64,000 nucleotides of DNA, taken from a virus. Shown here piece by piece: positions 40,246-49,700 of this stretch (within the stretch, counting starts at the first letter, position 1; each line of letters opens with the position of its first letter). The position numbers and the translations under genes were made by a program. The notes under the pieces were generated by a model. That model made no database searches. It was given only the letters and a program-made list of their open reading frames with translations, and had not been told where the DNA came from. The stretch covers positions 13,054 to 77,053 of the IMG/VR virus record IMGVR_UViG_3300044620_000527; one strand, 5' to 3'.

Positions 40246-42072
40246 ATGGCAATTCAAATTAGCCCAGGCGTAAATGTAACAGAAAAAGATGTCACACTTT
40301 TGGTGCCAGCAATCGCCACCACACCAGCAGGTATGGTTGGCTTGTTCCAATGGGGACCAGGCAACGAACCAGTGACAATTACTAGCGAAAAAGAACTTTC
40401 AGAAGTATTTTATAAGCCAGCAAAAGCATCAGGCGCAATGACCGATGCCACCAAATACAACAGATGGTGGTGGTCTGCTGCCAATTTCTTGTCTTACGGT
40501 AACAATATTAAAATTGTAAGATTTATTAATGATGGTGGTGGTTCATATACTGCCACTTCAGGTACTGCTGCTGTAGCAGGTGAAGATCTTTGCGGATTAA
40601 CATCATTTAGAGCATATACCCCAGTAGTTGGAAATGGATTCTGGGGAGCAAAGTATCCAGGCGAACTCGGCAACAGCATCAAGGTAGTTGTTTTAGATTA
40701 CTATGCTGCTGAAACATATGATGCCGATACAGACGGAAACGCCAATCAATATATCGACTACATTGGTAATTTTGATGGTTTGCCAGGAACATCTCCTTGG
40801 GCAGAAACAGTAACCGGAGCAGAAATTAAAGACGAGATTCACGTTCTTGTAATTGATGCTGATGGTAAAATTTCTGGTACTGCTGGTACAATTCTTGAAA
40901 AATTTGCATACCTTTCAAAGGCATCAAACGCAGTAAATCAAAACGGAACAACTAATTATTATAAAGATGTTATTAACAATGAATCAAAGTATGTTTGGTC
41001 ATTATATCATTTAGATAACGCAAGTGCTGCAAATAATTCATCAAATGTAAGTGCATTTGGTGCTGTAAGTTCCACTGGTACTACACCGTGGGGAACCGCC
41101 GTAACAACTACTACATCCGCCTTTAAAGTAGTTAAAACTGGTGAAAATCTTGTTGTTACTATGCTCTACGGTGGATTGGTTGGAAATACACCAAATGATA
41201 ACGACATTGCAGAGGCATTCAACACATACATGGGTGATCCAGAAATCATCGATGTTTCAATGTTTATCACAGGACCACTCGGTAAAACTGCTGCATACCG
41301 TGTAACAGAAATAGCAGAAACAAGAAAAGATGTTGTGGCATTCGTGTCCCCAACACCAACAAATGGTTTCAATCAAACACCAAGTGCATATTTGAATGAT
41401 ATCGTTGCATTTAGAACAAATGGCGATTCCACTTCCTATGGTGTTGCTGATACTGGTTACAAATTGCAATACGACAATTATAACGACGAATATGTTTATA
41501 TTCCTCTAAATGCAGATATTGCAGGATTGTGCGCTCGTACAGATAGCACAAATGATCCTTGGTTCTCTCCAGCCGGATTAAACCGTGGTGGAATTAACAG
41601 AGTAATCAAACTTCCTTTCAATCCAAATCAAGCACAACGCGATGATTTGTATAAGATTGGAATGAATCCTGTAGTTTCATTCCCCGGAATTGGTCCTGTT
41701 CTTTACGGAGACAAGACTCTCTTAAGTAGACCATCTGCCTTTGACAGAATCAATGTTCGCAGATTGTTCATAATTCTTGAGAAATCAATTGCAACTGCCG
41801 CCAAGTTCCAACTCTTTGAATTCAACGATGAGTTTACAAGAGCACAATTTGTAAACTTGGTAACTCCATTCCTCAGAAATGTTCTTGGAAGAAGAGGTAT
41901 CACCGATTTCCGTGTAGTTTGTGATGAAACAAACAATACAGCACAAGTAATCGACTCAAACAACTTTGTAGCAGATATCTATATCAAACCAAACAAATCA
42001 ATCAACTTCATTCAACTCAACTTCATTGCTACACCAACTGGTTTGAGCTTTGAAGAAGTCGTTGGAGCCTAA
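40246..42072 (+). CDS. gp18: Tail sheath protein gp18
   Basis: SPGV.V.E.D, FQWGP, PWFSPAG.NRG, GDKT...PSAFDRINVRRLF and KSINFIQLNF motifs. Confidence 0.97.
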   Translation: MAIQISPGVNVTEKDVTLLVPAIATTPAGMVGLFQWGPGNEPVTITSEKELSEVFYKPAKASGAMTDATKYNRWWWSAANFLSYGNNIKIVRFINDGGGSYTATSGTAAVAGEDLCGLTSFRAYTPVVGNGFWGAKYPGELGNSIKVVVLDYYAAETYDADTDGNANQYIDYIGNFDGLPGTSPWAETVTGAEIKDEIHVLVIDADGKISGTAGTILEKFAYLSKASNAVNQNGTTNYYKDVINNESKYVWSLYHLDNASAANNSSNVSAFGAVSSTGTTPWGTAVTTTTSAFKVVKTGENLVVTMLYGGLVGNTPNDNDIAEAFNTYMGDPEIIDVSMFITGPLGKTAAYRVTEIAETRKDVVAFVSPTPTNGFNQTPSAYLNDIVAFRTNGDSTSYGVADTGYKLQYDNYNDEYVYIPLNADIAGLCARTDSTNDPWFSPAGLNRGGINRVIKLPFNPNQAQRDDLYKIGMNPVVSFPGIGPVLYGDKTLLSRPSAFDRINVRRLFIILEKSIATAAKFQLFEFNDEFTRAQFVNLVTPFLRNVLGRRGITDFRVVCDETNNTAQVIDSNNFVADIYIKPNKSINFIQLNFIATPTGLSFEEVVGA

Positions 42073-42090
42073 TCGAAGAGGGAGCAATAA

Positions 42091-42636
42091 ATGGACATTA
42101 GCAAGTTTACATCTAAATTCGATGGCGGAGCAAGATCAAATCTGTTCCAATTCAGAGTCAGTAATTTACCAGCAGGCGTTCCTGCATTCAATGCAGATGA
42201 TCAAATCATCCACGTTAAAAGCATTCAATTGCCAGAAACAACAGTTGGTGAAATTCCTGTAAATCACATGGGAAGAATTTACAAATTCCCAGGCGATAGA
42301 GTTTATAATGACGTATCACTTACTATCTTGAGTGATGGTACTGATATGCGCGTAAGACATTTCTTCGAAGCATGGAACCATGTTTGGAATCGTCATTTTG
42401 CAAACGTAGGATTGTTGCCAAATGATGCAAACTTGAACGCTGTAGTTGAATTAATTCAATTGGATCGCAATCACAGTCCAATCAGAACATATAAACTGCA
42501 AAAAGCATGGTGCAGTGATGTCTCTGCCGTAGATTTGTCACACGACAACAATGACGCTTTAGTTGAATTTACAGTAACACTGAAGTACCACTTCTTCGAA
42601 GTAGACGGTAAGAACGGTCTTCACTTAAGACGTTAA
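42091..42636 (+). CDS. gp19: Tail tube protein gp19
   Basis: GGARSNLF, LP...VGEIPV..MGR..K.PGDR, QLDR and EFTVT motifs. Confidence 0.93.
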   Translation: MDISKFTSKFDGGARSNLFQFRVSNLPAGVPAFNADDQIIHVKSIQLPETTVGEIPVNHMGRIYKFPGDRVYNDVSLTILSDGTDMRVRHFFEAWNHVWNRHFANVGLLPNDANLNAVVELIQLDRNHSPIRTYKLQKAWCSDVSAVDLSHDNNDALVEFTVTLKYHFFEVDGKNGLHLRR

Positions 42637-42667
42637 CCTACCTATATACTCGTGAAGGAGTTTTATA

Positions 42668-44305
42668 ATGGCATTTGATATATTCGGTTTTACTTTTGGT
42701 AGAACTAAAGAGCAACAACAATCTGTTCCCTCAGTAATTCCCCCGGCTATGGACGATGGCGCATCCTTCGTCCAAGCCGGTGGTTTTCAAGGCTGGTATG
42801 TAGATCTTGATGGTACTGTCAAGTCTGATGTAGATTTGGTTAAAAAGTATCGTGAAATGAGTCTTCATGCTGAAGTTGAAATGGGAATAGACGACATCGT
42901 AAATGAAGTAATAACCGAAGATGCTTCTGGTACATTTATTAAATTAAATATAGACAAAGTAGATTCTAGTATTATTCCAGAAGAAGTTAAAAAAGTTTTA
43001 TATGACGAATTTAAACACATTTTATTCTTATTGGATTTCAATAGAAAGTGTTATGAGATTGTTCGTCGCTGGTATATTGATGGTAGGTTATATTATCACA
43101 TTATTCTGGAAGATGATCCACGACAAGGAATAAAAGAAGTACGACAAGTAGATCCTCTTAGAATTAAAAAAGTAAGAGAAATAAAGAAAAAACAAAAAGT
43201 AAATGGTGTTGATGTTATTGATGGTGTAGAAGAATATTATTTGTACACCGTTCAAGAAAGATTTAACATGTATGATACCACTCAAGGTATCAAGTTATCT
43301 CCCGACTCCATTAATTACTGCCACTCTGGTTTATTTGATTACGGCACAAAAAGAGTAGTAAGTTATCTTCATAAAGCAATTAAACCATTGAACCAATTAA
43401 GAATGGTCGAAGATGCTACCGTAATTTATCGTTGGTCAAGAGCACCAGAGCGTAGAATATTCTATATCGACGTTGGTTCTTTGCCAAAAAATAAAGCAGA
43501 GCAGTATCTAAGAGACATCATGTTGCGTTATCGCAATAAGATTACATACGATGCCGGTACTGGTGAAATCCGCGACGACAGAAAACACTTGAGTATGTTG
43601 GAAGATTATTGGCTCCCCCGTCGTGAAGGTGGTAAGGGAACAGAAATTCAAACACTATCCGGTGGTCAAAATCTAGGTGAAATGGAAGATGTAAAATACT
43701 TCCAAAAGAAACTGTTTAGAAGTTTGAATATTCCTATGTCTCGTTTAGAAGCAGACAATGGATTTAACATGGGTAGAGCGGCGGATATTAGCAGAGATGA
43801 ATTGAAGTTTGCTAAATTCATTTCTCGCCTTCGCTCTCGGTTCTCAGAGTTGTTCTTAAACTTTATGAGAACTCAATTGATTGCAAAAGGAATAGTAGAT
43901 ATTGACGAATGGAATAAGATTTGTCAATACATTCGTTTTGAATTTTCAACGGATTCAATGTTCTTAGAATCTAAGCAATCTGAAGTGCTAAAAGACAGAA
44001 TGGCAATTTTGAGAGAAGTTTCCGATTATTCTGGTAAGTATTTCTCGGAAGAATGGATTAGAAAGAATATTCTTCATCAAACAGACGAAGACATTCAATT
44101 GATTGATTCTCAAATTGAACAAGAAAAAATGATACAAGAACAAAAGCAAATGGAAGAACAAATGCGCGCCGAGCAATTGGCAGCACAAACTATGGGTGTT
44201 CCTGGCGGTGCGCCTGGAGCAGGAGCATCTGCACCAAGTCAACCAACAGCAGTTGCACCACAGCAATCAACGGGAGTAGATTACGATGCCAGCAGCCTTT
44301 TATGA
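42668..44305 (+). CDS. gp20: Portal vertex protein gp20
   Basis: RRWYIDGR, SYLHKAIKP.NQLRM.EDA.VIYR.SRAPERRIFYIDVG and MLEDYWLPRREGGKGTEI motifs. Confidence 0.97.
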   Translation: MAFDIFGFTFGRTKEQQQSVPSVIPPAMDDGASFVQAGGFQGWYVDLDGTVKSDVDLVKKYREMSLHAEVEMGIDDIVNEVITEDASGTFIKLNIDKVDSSIIPEEVKKVLYDEFKHILFLLDFNRKCYEIVRRWYIDGRLYYHIILEDDPRQGIKEVRQVDPLRIKKVREIKKKQKVNGVDVIDGVEEYYLYTVQERFNMYDTTQGIKLSPDSINYCHSGLFDYGTKRVVSYLHKAIKPLNQLRMVEDATVIYRWSRAPERRIFYIDVGSLPKNKAEQYLRDIMLRYRNKITYDAGTGEIRDDRKHLSMLEDYWLPRREGGKGTEIQTLSGGQNLGEMEDVKYFQKKLFRSLNIPMSRLEADNGFNMGRAADISRDELKFAKFISRLRSRFSELFLNFMRTQLIAKGIVDIDEWNKICQYIRFEFSTDSMFLESKQSEVLKDRMAILREVSDYSGKYFSEEWIRKNILHQTDEDIQLIDSQIEQEKMIQEQKQMEEQMRAEQLAAQTMGVPGGAPGAGASAPSQPTAVAPQQSTGVDYDASSLL

Positions 44306-44939
44306 ATTTAGTGTAGAACAAGGATCTGATTTCGTCACATCCTTTAAAATATTAAAACCAACTGGCGGTTTATTTAATTTTTTACCAGCAAATGGTGCTT
44401 CTTTTTGGAATAGTGCAAATACTTCAGTAAATTTTGATGTTCCTGAAGAAATTAAATTAGCATATCCAGAAAATGCTGATTCTTTTGGTTGGTTAAAAAA
44501 TGTAACAACATCTGCTAGTTGGGTTGATAGAACTTTTCTTACCATAAGAATGAAAGTGAAAGATAACAAAGGTTGTCAAAAACTTAACGGTCAACGAATT
44601 TACAAAGCAGTTAGAAAAACAGCAACAGATGAAATAATTGTACAACAAGATGATACAAATTTTGTAGTGGATAATTCAAATCCAGGATCTTGTACTCCTA
44701 TTGGTTCTGGTGCGGGTGCAATTAAAATGAAACTTTTTGATAATAGAACTGACTATAATGCCAATTTAATTATACCTAATGCAAATACTTCTTTGTTTTT
44801 GGGTAAATATCTATATGACATTGAACTTGAATATAGGTTAGGAGTTTATAATTCAAATCCAAATAATATAACTACAAGTGGATTTGTTATAAGAATGTTA
44901 CAAGGAAAAATGACATTTAATCCAAATATTACTGCTTAA
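44286..44939 (+). CDS. Putative Ig-fold fibre adaptor (BppU-like) protein
   Basis: N-terminal MPAA.Y.F.VEQGSDF and C-terminal GKYLYDIEL...RMLQGK.T.NP.IT pattern, typical of small virion adaptors that precede fibre genes. Confidence 0.55.
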   Translation: MPAAFYEFSVEQGSDFVTSFKILKPTGGLFNFLPANGASFWNSANTSVNFDVPEEIKLAYPENADSFGWLKNVTTSASWVDRTFLTIRMKVKDNKGCQKLNGQRIYKAVRKTATDEIIVQQDDTNFVVDNSNPGSCTPIGSGAGAIKMKLFDNRTDYNANLIIPNANTSLFLGKYLYDIELEYRLGVYNSNPNNITTSGFVIRMLQGKMTFNPNITA

Positions 44940-44940
44940 T

Positions 44941-46434
44941 ATGGCAAACAATTTTAAAATATTTGTAAGTTCTTTTCCTACAAAGATTGCATTTAAAAGA
45001 AGTAATGCAATTGATGTCTATCAAATAAATAAAATTGAGTACACAGAAGCAAAAATTATTGAAAATCTTACGTTAGCCGGAGAACTGTACGGAGCAGGAA
45101 CTACGGGTATAAATGTAGGGGAATCTTGTACATCAAATTTAATTGGTTGTGATGAAGAATTCGTAGCACCAACTCCAGAATGTGAAACCGGGGGAACGGG
45201 ACCACGAGGGCCCGCTGGACCTGCTGGACCACAGGGACCTACCGGACCACAGGGACCACCGGGTGCCGGAGGATCAAGAATATTCTGTGGTTATTTGGGA
45301 GGACCACCAAAACCACCAGAAGGTAAAATATCAGTTGATTGTTTAAAAAATGCAACAGGTTATGTTGTTAGTAGAGCACCTGGTCCAACTTGCAATGGTG
45401 GAGGAAATCCATTAGCGTCTGGTAGTGGTGCAAATTTAAACGAATTTAAGAAAAGATTTTTTACTACAGATGAGTACTATGTTATAGGAGATGTTAATGG
45501 TTGCGGATATTCTACAGTACCATTAGCGGATGGGTGTACAACAGGCAACACTCACTATGAACATAGAACTGTATATAATGGTTATAAATCTAATGGTATT
45601 TGTTATTCATCGCAGCAATGGGATTTTGGTAAATACACACAATCCGTTCTAGGTACTACACTAACGGAAGAAAATAGAAGTTCTGTGGCTGCTTCGGCAA
45701 GAACAGGCGGTTCCAACCAATTAATTTTTATACCAACCCAACAAATATATGGTGGTGCAGAAACTGCAAGATTGGATGATTGGTTCGATGTTGTTGGAGG
45801 TGGAACTGGTAATGGATTGTATGATATCTTGGCAGATTACAATCCAGATTGTGGTCCAGAAGGACCACCAACAGCACCACCAATAGCAGATCAGGGATCT
45901 ACTATTTGTGCAGATGGAATAGAACCATCCGGTGCGCCGTTGCCTGGAGATGAAAATGAATGTAATGGTGGTTGCAATAATCCAATATCAAATTGCGATG
46001 AAGTTACTGATGGAGATATATTCATCGATGCAACAAATGGAGTAATGTATTTTTACTCTGAAGGAGCGTGGTCCTCGCAGGGAATCCCTTTAGGGGGTGA
46101 GTCTGATTGTACAAAACAATCAGACTGCAAAGACAAAACTGGTGCTGGATCTTGCGAAGGAACCGTTACTTGTTTTTGTCCACCGGGTGAAAATTGCGGC
46201 GATTTTGCGGGATGCACAAGTCCAGAAGGTTGCTCTGATTGCGAAGCAGCAAAAGCAGCAGCAATAGAAATTTTAAAGGCATGCACAAATGGTACATGTG
46301 CTGGTGCAATTGCGGCGCTTGGTGGGGAATGTCCATCGAGTAGTGATTGTGCAGATTGCATTAGTTCTTTCTATTGTTATTATTATAATGGTTATCATTA
46401 TCCCGGAATAATTGTGGCGCCCGGTGGAGTTTAA
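44941..46434 (+). CDS. Collagen-repeat, cysteine-rich fibre-like protein
   Basis: GTGPRGPAGPAGPQGPTGPQGPPGAG; fibre motif DGDIFIDATNGVMYFYSEGAW; about 29 Cys by manual count. Confidence 0.7.
   Translation: MANNFKIFVSSFPTKIAFKRSNAIDVYQINKIEYTEAKIIENLTLAGELYGAGTTGINVGESCTSNLIGCDEEFVAPTPECETGGTGPRGPAGPAGPQGPTGPQGPPGAGGSRIFCGYLGGPPKPPEGKISVDCLKNATGYVVSRAPGPTCNGGGNPLASGSGANLNEFKKRFFTTDEYYVIGDVNGCGYSTVPLADGCTTGNTHYEHRTVYNGYKSNGICYSSQQWDFGKYTQSVLGTTLTEENRSSVAASARTGGSNQLIFIPTQQIYGGAETARLDDWFDVVGGGTGNGLYDILADYNPDCGPEGPPTAPPIADQGSTICADGIEPSGAPLPGDENECNGGCNNPISNCDEVTDGDIFIDATNGVMYFYSEGAWSSQGIPLGGESDCTKQSDCKDKTGAGSCEGTVTCFCPPGENCGDFAGCTSPEGCSDCEAAKAAAIEILKACTNGTCAGAIAALGGECPSSSDCADCISSFYCYYYNGYHYPGIIVAPGGV
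45193..45270 (+). repeat. Collagen-like Gly-X-Y repeat
   Basis: GC-rich ggacc-based repeats encoding about 8 GXY triplets. Confidence 0.9.
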
Positions 46435-46441
46435 TTTAATT

Positions 46442-47413
46442 ATGAAATTGATACACAGTTTTTCAACTAATATTGATGATACACAAAACACTAAAGAAGC
46501 AATAAACTCAAAAAAATGGGGAGACAGTCTATCCAAAAGAAGAGTTCATTGGTATTGTTGGGTTTGGTCTTTTTTATCTGCCTCTAAACATTCCGATCAA
46601 TTTGAGTTATATACTGATGCTATGGGTGCAGATATTTTAGTTGGTGCATTAAATTTACCATACAGTAGAGTTAATTTGACATTAGATGGTATAAACAAAA
46701 AATACTTGTATCTTGGGAAAATAAAAACATATGCAGTTCAAAGAGAACCGTTTTTACACATGGATGGTGATGTTGTTTTTAGAGAATTTTTCCCCACCAA
46801 TTTGCCTAATCTATATGCACAACAATATTCATGGTGGTTAAAGGATTTATACCAAAACATTTTAGTACTATTGTTTAATAATAATTTTGAAGCAATACCC
46901 GAAGAATTTAAAAAATTAAACATTCTAACAATGAAAAATTCCGAGTTTGGAACTCTAAATGCGGGAGTATTTGGTGGAACTGATTTAGAATTAATACGAG
47001 AATGTGCAAATAAAACTTTATTGTTTTTTGAAAATACACACAATACAAAATTATTAAATGATCTGCTGGATGAGTTTAGTCTTATGACTTTTTATGCAAA
47101 TAATAAAAAAGGTAGTACATATACACAAACCGCATTATTTTCTTTATTTGAAGAGTTTTTACCAGTTTTAATGTATAAACAAAAGTATAAAAATTTAGAT
47201 GGGTTAAAAACCGTATTAAATGAAGAAGACATAGAAAAAGAACACACAGTAGAATTAAATATTGATAGAAGTACAAAGTTAAAATATGTGCATTTAATGG
47301 ATGCAAAACGTGATGATGGAGAACCAAGCATAGCATATAGACAACGCTTTATCCAAAAGTTCAGAGAAGAGTATCCAGAGTGGGCAGCCAAAGTCGATAC
47401 ATATCTAAGTTAA
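46442..47413 (+). CDS. DUF6734-like putative glycosyltransferase (GT-A, DxD)
   Basis: LYTD..G..IL...L.LPY, GKIKTY..Q.EPFLHMDGDV, NAGVFGG.D and Y.HL motifs. Start placed at ATG 46442, just after the upstream stop. Confidence 0.6.
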   Translation: MKLIHSFSTNIDDTQNTKEAINSKKWGDSLSKRRVHWYCWVWSFLSASKHSDQFELYTDAMGADILVGALNLPYSRVNLTLDGINKKYLYLGKIKTYAVQREPFLHMDGDVVFREFFPTNLPNLYAQQYSWWLKDLYQNILVLLFNNNFEAIPEEFKKLNILTMKNSEFGTLNAGVFGGTDLELIRECANKTLLFFENTHNTKLLNDLLDEFSLMTFYANNKKGSTYTQTALFSLFEEFLPVLMYKQKYKNLDGLKTVLNEEDIEKEHTVELNIDRSTKLKYVHLMDAKRDDGEPSIAYRQRFIQKFREEYPEWAAKVDTYLS

Positions 47414-47419
47414 TAAAAC

Positions 47420-47427
47420 TATAAATA
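47420..47427 (+). promoter_or_regulatory. Late promoter TATAAATA
   Basis: Exact T4 gp55 consensus, 18 nt before the gp67-like ATG. Confidence 0.8.
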
Positions 47428-47445
47428 ATAAAAAAGAGGTATTCT

Positions 47446-47721
47446 ATGTCTAGCGAAAAAATAATCGATGCACTATTCGATAACAATTTAGAAAAATTCC
47501 GAACAGAAGTTCGTACTGCTTTATACACAAAAGCAGGAGAGTATATGAACAACGCAAAGCAAACCGTTGCTGGTGTCATGATGAATCCTCCAGAAGAAGT
47601 ACAAGAGGAAAAAAAGAAACTATCTAAAGAGCAATTAGCAGCAGTAAGAGCACCACATGATAAGATTACCCGTGGAGACATTATTGCTCTTGCTCAAAAG
47701 AACGCAAAGAAAAAGGGGTAA
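47446..47721 (+). CDS. Prohead core protein gp67-like
   Basis: IIDAL..NNL..F......L..K..E....K..VA pattern; lies just before gp21. Confidence 0.6.
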   Translation: MSSEKIIDALFDNNLEKFRTEVRTALYTKAGEYMNNAKQTVAGVMMNPPEEVQEEKKKLSKEQLAAVRAPHDKITRGDIIALAQKNAKKKG

Positions 47722-47726
47722 TATAG

Positions 47727-48374
47727 ATGAAACTTATTACTGAAACAAGACAACAAGACATTCAATATGTTTCTGAAGCCGCAGAGGGTGGTAAGAAGTC
47801 TTACTTCATTCGTGGTGTTTTCGCAGAGTCCAATAAGGTAAACAAGAATCAACGATTTTACGAAGGACCAGTCATGGAGATGGCTGTACAAACATACAAT
47901 GATACCTTTGTAAAAAATAGTCGCGCTTTGGGTGAACTTGGACATCCAGAAGGACCAACTGTTAATTTAGAAAGAGTATGCCACATGATCAAAGATCTTC
48001 ATGTGGAGGGTAGTCAAGTAATGGGTAATGCAAAGATCATGGACACCCCATATGGTAGAATTGTACAAAACCTTATTGATGAAGGTGCTAAACTTGGAGT
48101 GTCTACCCGTGGTATGGGTTCATTGGCTGAGCGTAATGGAGTCAATTATGTGCAAAAAGACTTCATGCTTGCCGCTGTCGATGTAGTTGCAGATCCCTCT
48201 GCACCAAACGCATTCGTAGACGGCATCATGGAAGGTAAAGAATGGGTTTGGGACAATGGTGTTTTCAAACCAACAATCATTGAGAATTACAAAAAACAAA
48301 TTGAAAAAGCAGGATCAAGAAACTTGGAAGAAGCCAAATTAAAAGTATTCCGCGATTTCTTATCTAAATTGTGA
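47727..48374 (+). CDS. gp21: Prohead protease gp21
   Basis: MKLITE, N.NQR.Y, RALGELGHP.GPTVNL, LGVSTRGMGSL and DVVADPSAP.AFV motifs. Confidence 0.97.
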   Translation: MKLITETRQQDIQYVSEAAEGGKKSYFIRGVFAESNKVNKNQRFYEGPVMEMAVQTYNDTFVKNSRALGELGHPEGPTVNLERVCHMIKDLHVEGSQVMGNAKIMDTPYGRIVQNLIDEGAKLGVSTRGMGSLAERNGVNYVQKDFMLAAVDVVADPSAPNAFVDGIMEGKEWVWDNGVFKPTIIENYKKQIEKAGSRNLEEAKLKVFRDFLSKL

Positions 48375-48378
48375 AATG

Positions 48379-48386
48379 TATAAATA
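48379..48386 (+). promoter_or_regulatory. Late promoter TATAAATA
   Basis: Exact consensus upstream of gp22, followed by an AAGGAG RBS. Confidence 0.85.
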
Positions 48387-48416
48387 ACTGAGCGACAAAT
48401 CAAGGAGATTTAACAA

Positions 48417-49640
48417 ATGGACCCCAAGAAAATTGCAGAAGAAATCGTAAAAGATTTATTCGATACATATGAACTCGTCGAAGAAAAAGAAGAAATGGAC
48501 GAGGAAGAAGAAGGCGAAGAAGAAGAAGAAGCCGGTGAGGAAGAAGAAGGCGAAGAAGAAGAAGCCGGTGAGGAAGAAGAAGCTGGTGAGGAAGAAGAAG
48601 GCGAAGAAGAAGCAGAGGACAAGGCTCCAGTTGCTAAAGCAGTTGGTAATGCCATGAAGGGTTCTGCTACTACATCTGCTGCCGCTTCAATCTCCCTTAA
48701 AGGTCAATTACCACAACCAACAAAGGGCAGTGGACATGTTCATGATGCCTTGGGTGGTGGTGTAAAAGATGCACATGGTGGTGGCGAACAAATCATCCAA
48801 CCAACTGGTGGAAATGCAGGTGCATTGGCTGCAACCCTCAACATGAAGCCATCTTTCACTTCCCCACAAGCACCACAAATGACCAGCGAACAATTGGCTT
48901 CTGATATTACAGCAATCTTCGGTTCACAAGAACTATCTGAAGATTTTGTAAAGAACGCCGCTTCAATTTACGAAGCCGCAGTTGCTTCAAAGGTTGAAAC
49001 AATTGCAGAAGCATTAGTCGAACAATTTGAAGAAAAGTTGGTAGAAGAAGTAGAAACTGTAAAGTCTGCTTTGGTAGAACAACTTGATAATTATTTGGCT
49101 TATGTTGTTCAAGAGTGGGCAAAAGAAAATGCAGTTGCCATTGAAAATGGTTTAAGAACTGAAATTGCAGAAGACTTCATCAATGGTTTGAAGAATCTTT
49201 TTGCAGAATCTTATGTTGAAATCCCAGAAGAGAAAGTAGATTTGTTTGCTGAACTTTCAGAAGCAGTCGAAACTCTTGAAGGTAGAATAAACGAAGAGAT
49301 TGAAAAGAACGTAGTTCTCAATCAAGAAATCAGTTTACTAACTGCTCAAAGAGTATTTGCTGAAGAAACAAGAGGTTTGACTGTTCTTCAAGCAGAAAAA
49401 GCAAGAGAGATTGCAGAAAATCTTGAATACTCTGGAGAAGAAGATTTCCGCAGTAAAGTAAAGACCTTGGTTGAAGGTGTTGTTTCTGGAAGTAAAAAAG
49501 TTGCACCAAAGAATGTTCAAAAAGTAAATGAACAAATTACACTTTTGGAACAAGCAACTGAAGATGAGCCAGAGCAAGAAACACTCTCTCCACTCATGGA
49601 ACTTTATTCAAACACAATTAACAGAACACTAAAATCTTAA
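48417..49640 (+). CDS. gp22: Prohead core scaffold protein gp22
   Basis: LSEDF...A..IYEAAV, LDNYL.YVV.EW..EN.VAIENGLR.EIAEDF..GLK.LF.E.Y motifs; between gp21 and gp23. Confidence 0.93.
   Translation: MDPKKIAEEIVKDLFDTYELVEEKEEMDEEEEGEEEEEAGEEEEGEEEEAGEEEEAGEEEEGEEEAEDKAPVAKAVGNAMKGSATTSAAASISLKGQLPQPTKGSGHVHDALGGGVKDAHGGGEQIIQPTGGNAGALAATLNMKPSFTSPQAPQMTSEQLASDITAIFGSQELSEDFVKNAASIYEAAVASKVETIAEALVEQFEEKLVEEVETVKSALVEQLDNYLAYVVQEWAKENAVAIENGLRTEIAEDFINGLKNLFAESYVEIPEEKVDLFAELSEAVETLEGRINEEIEKNVVLNQEISLLTAQRVFAEETRGLTVLQAEKAREIAENLEYSGEEDFRSKVKTLVEGVVSGSKKVAPKNVQKVNEQITLLEQATEDEPEQETLSPLMELYSNTINRTLKS
48501..48617 (+). repeat. Imperfect tandem repeat encoding a poly-Glu (EEEEGEEEEAG)n tract in gp22
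   Basis: Units such as gaggaagaagaaggcgaagaagaagaagccggt; unit lengths 18-36 nt. Confidence 0.9.
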
Positions 49641-49657
49641 TTCAAAAATTGAGAAAT

Positions 49658-49665
49658 TATAAATA
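49658..49665 (+). promoter_or_regulatory. Late promoter TATAAATA
   Basis: Exact consensus upstream of gp23, followed by an AAGGAG RBS. Confidence 0.85.
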
Positions 49666-49700
49666 AACTCAGACAAAAAGGTTTAAAGGAGCAAAGAAAA

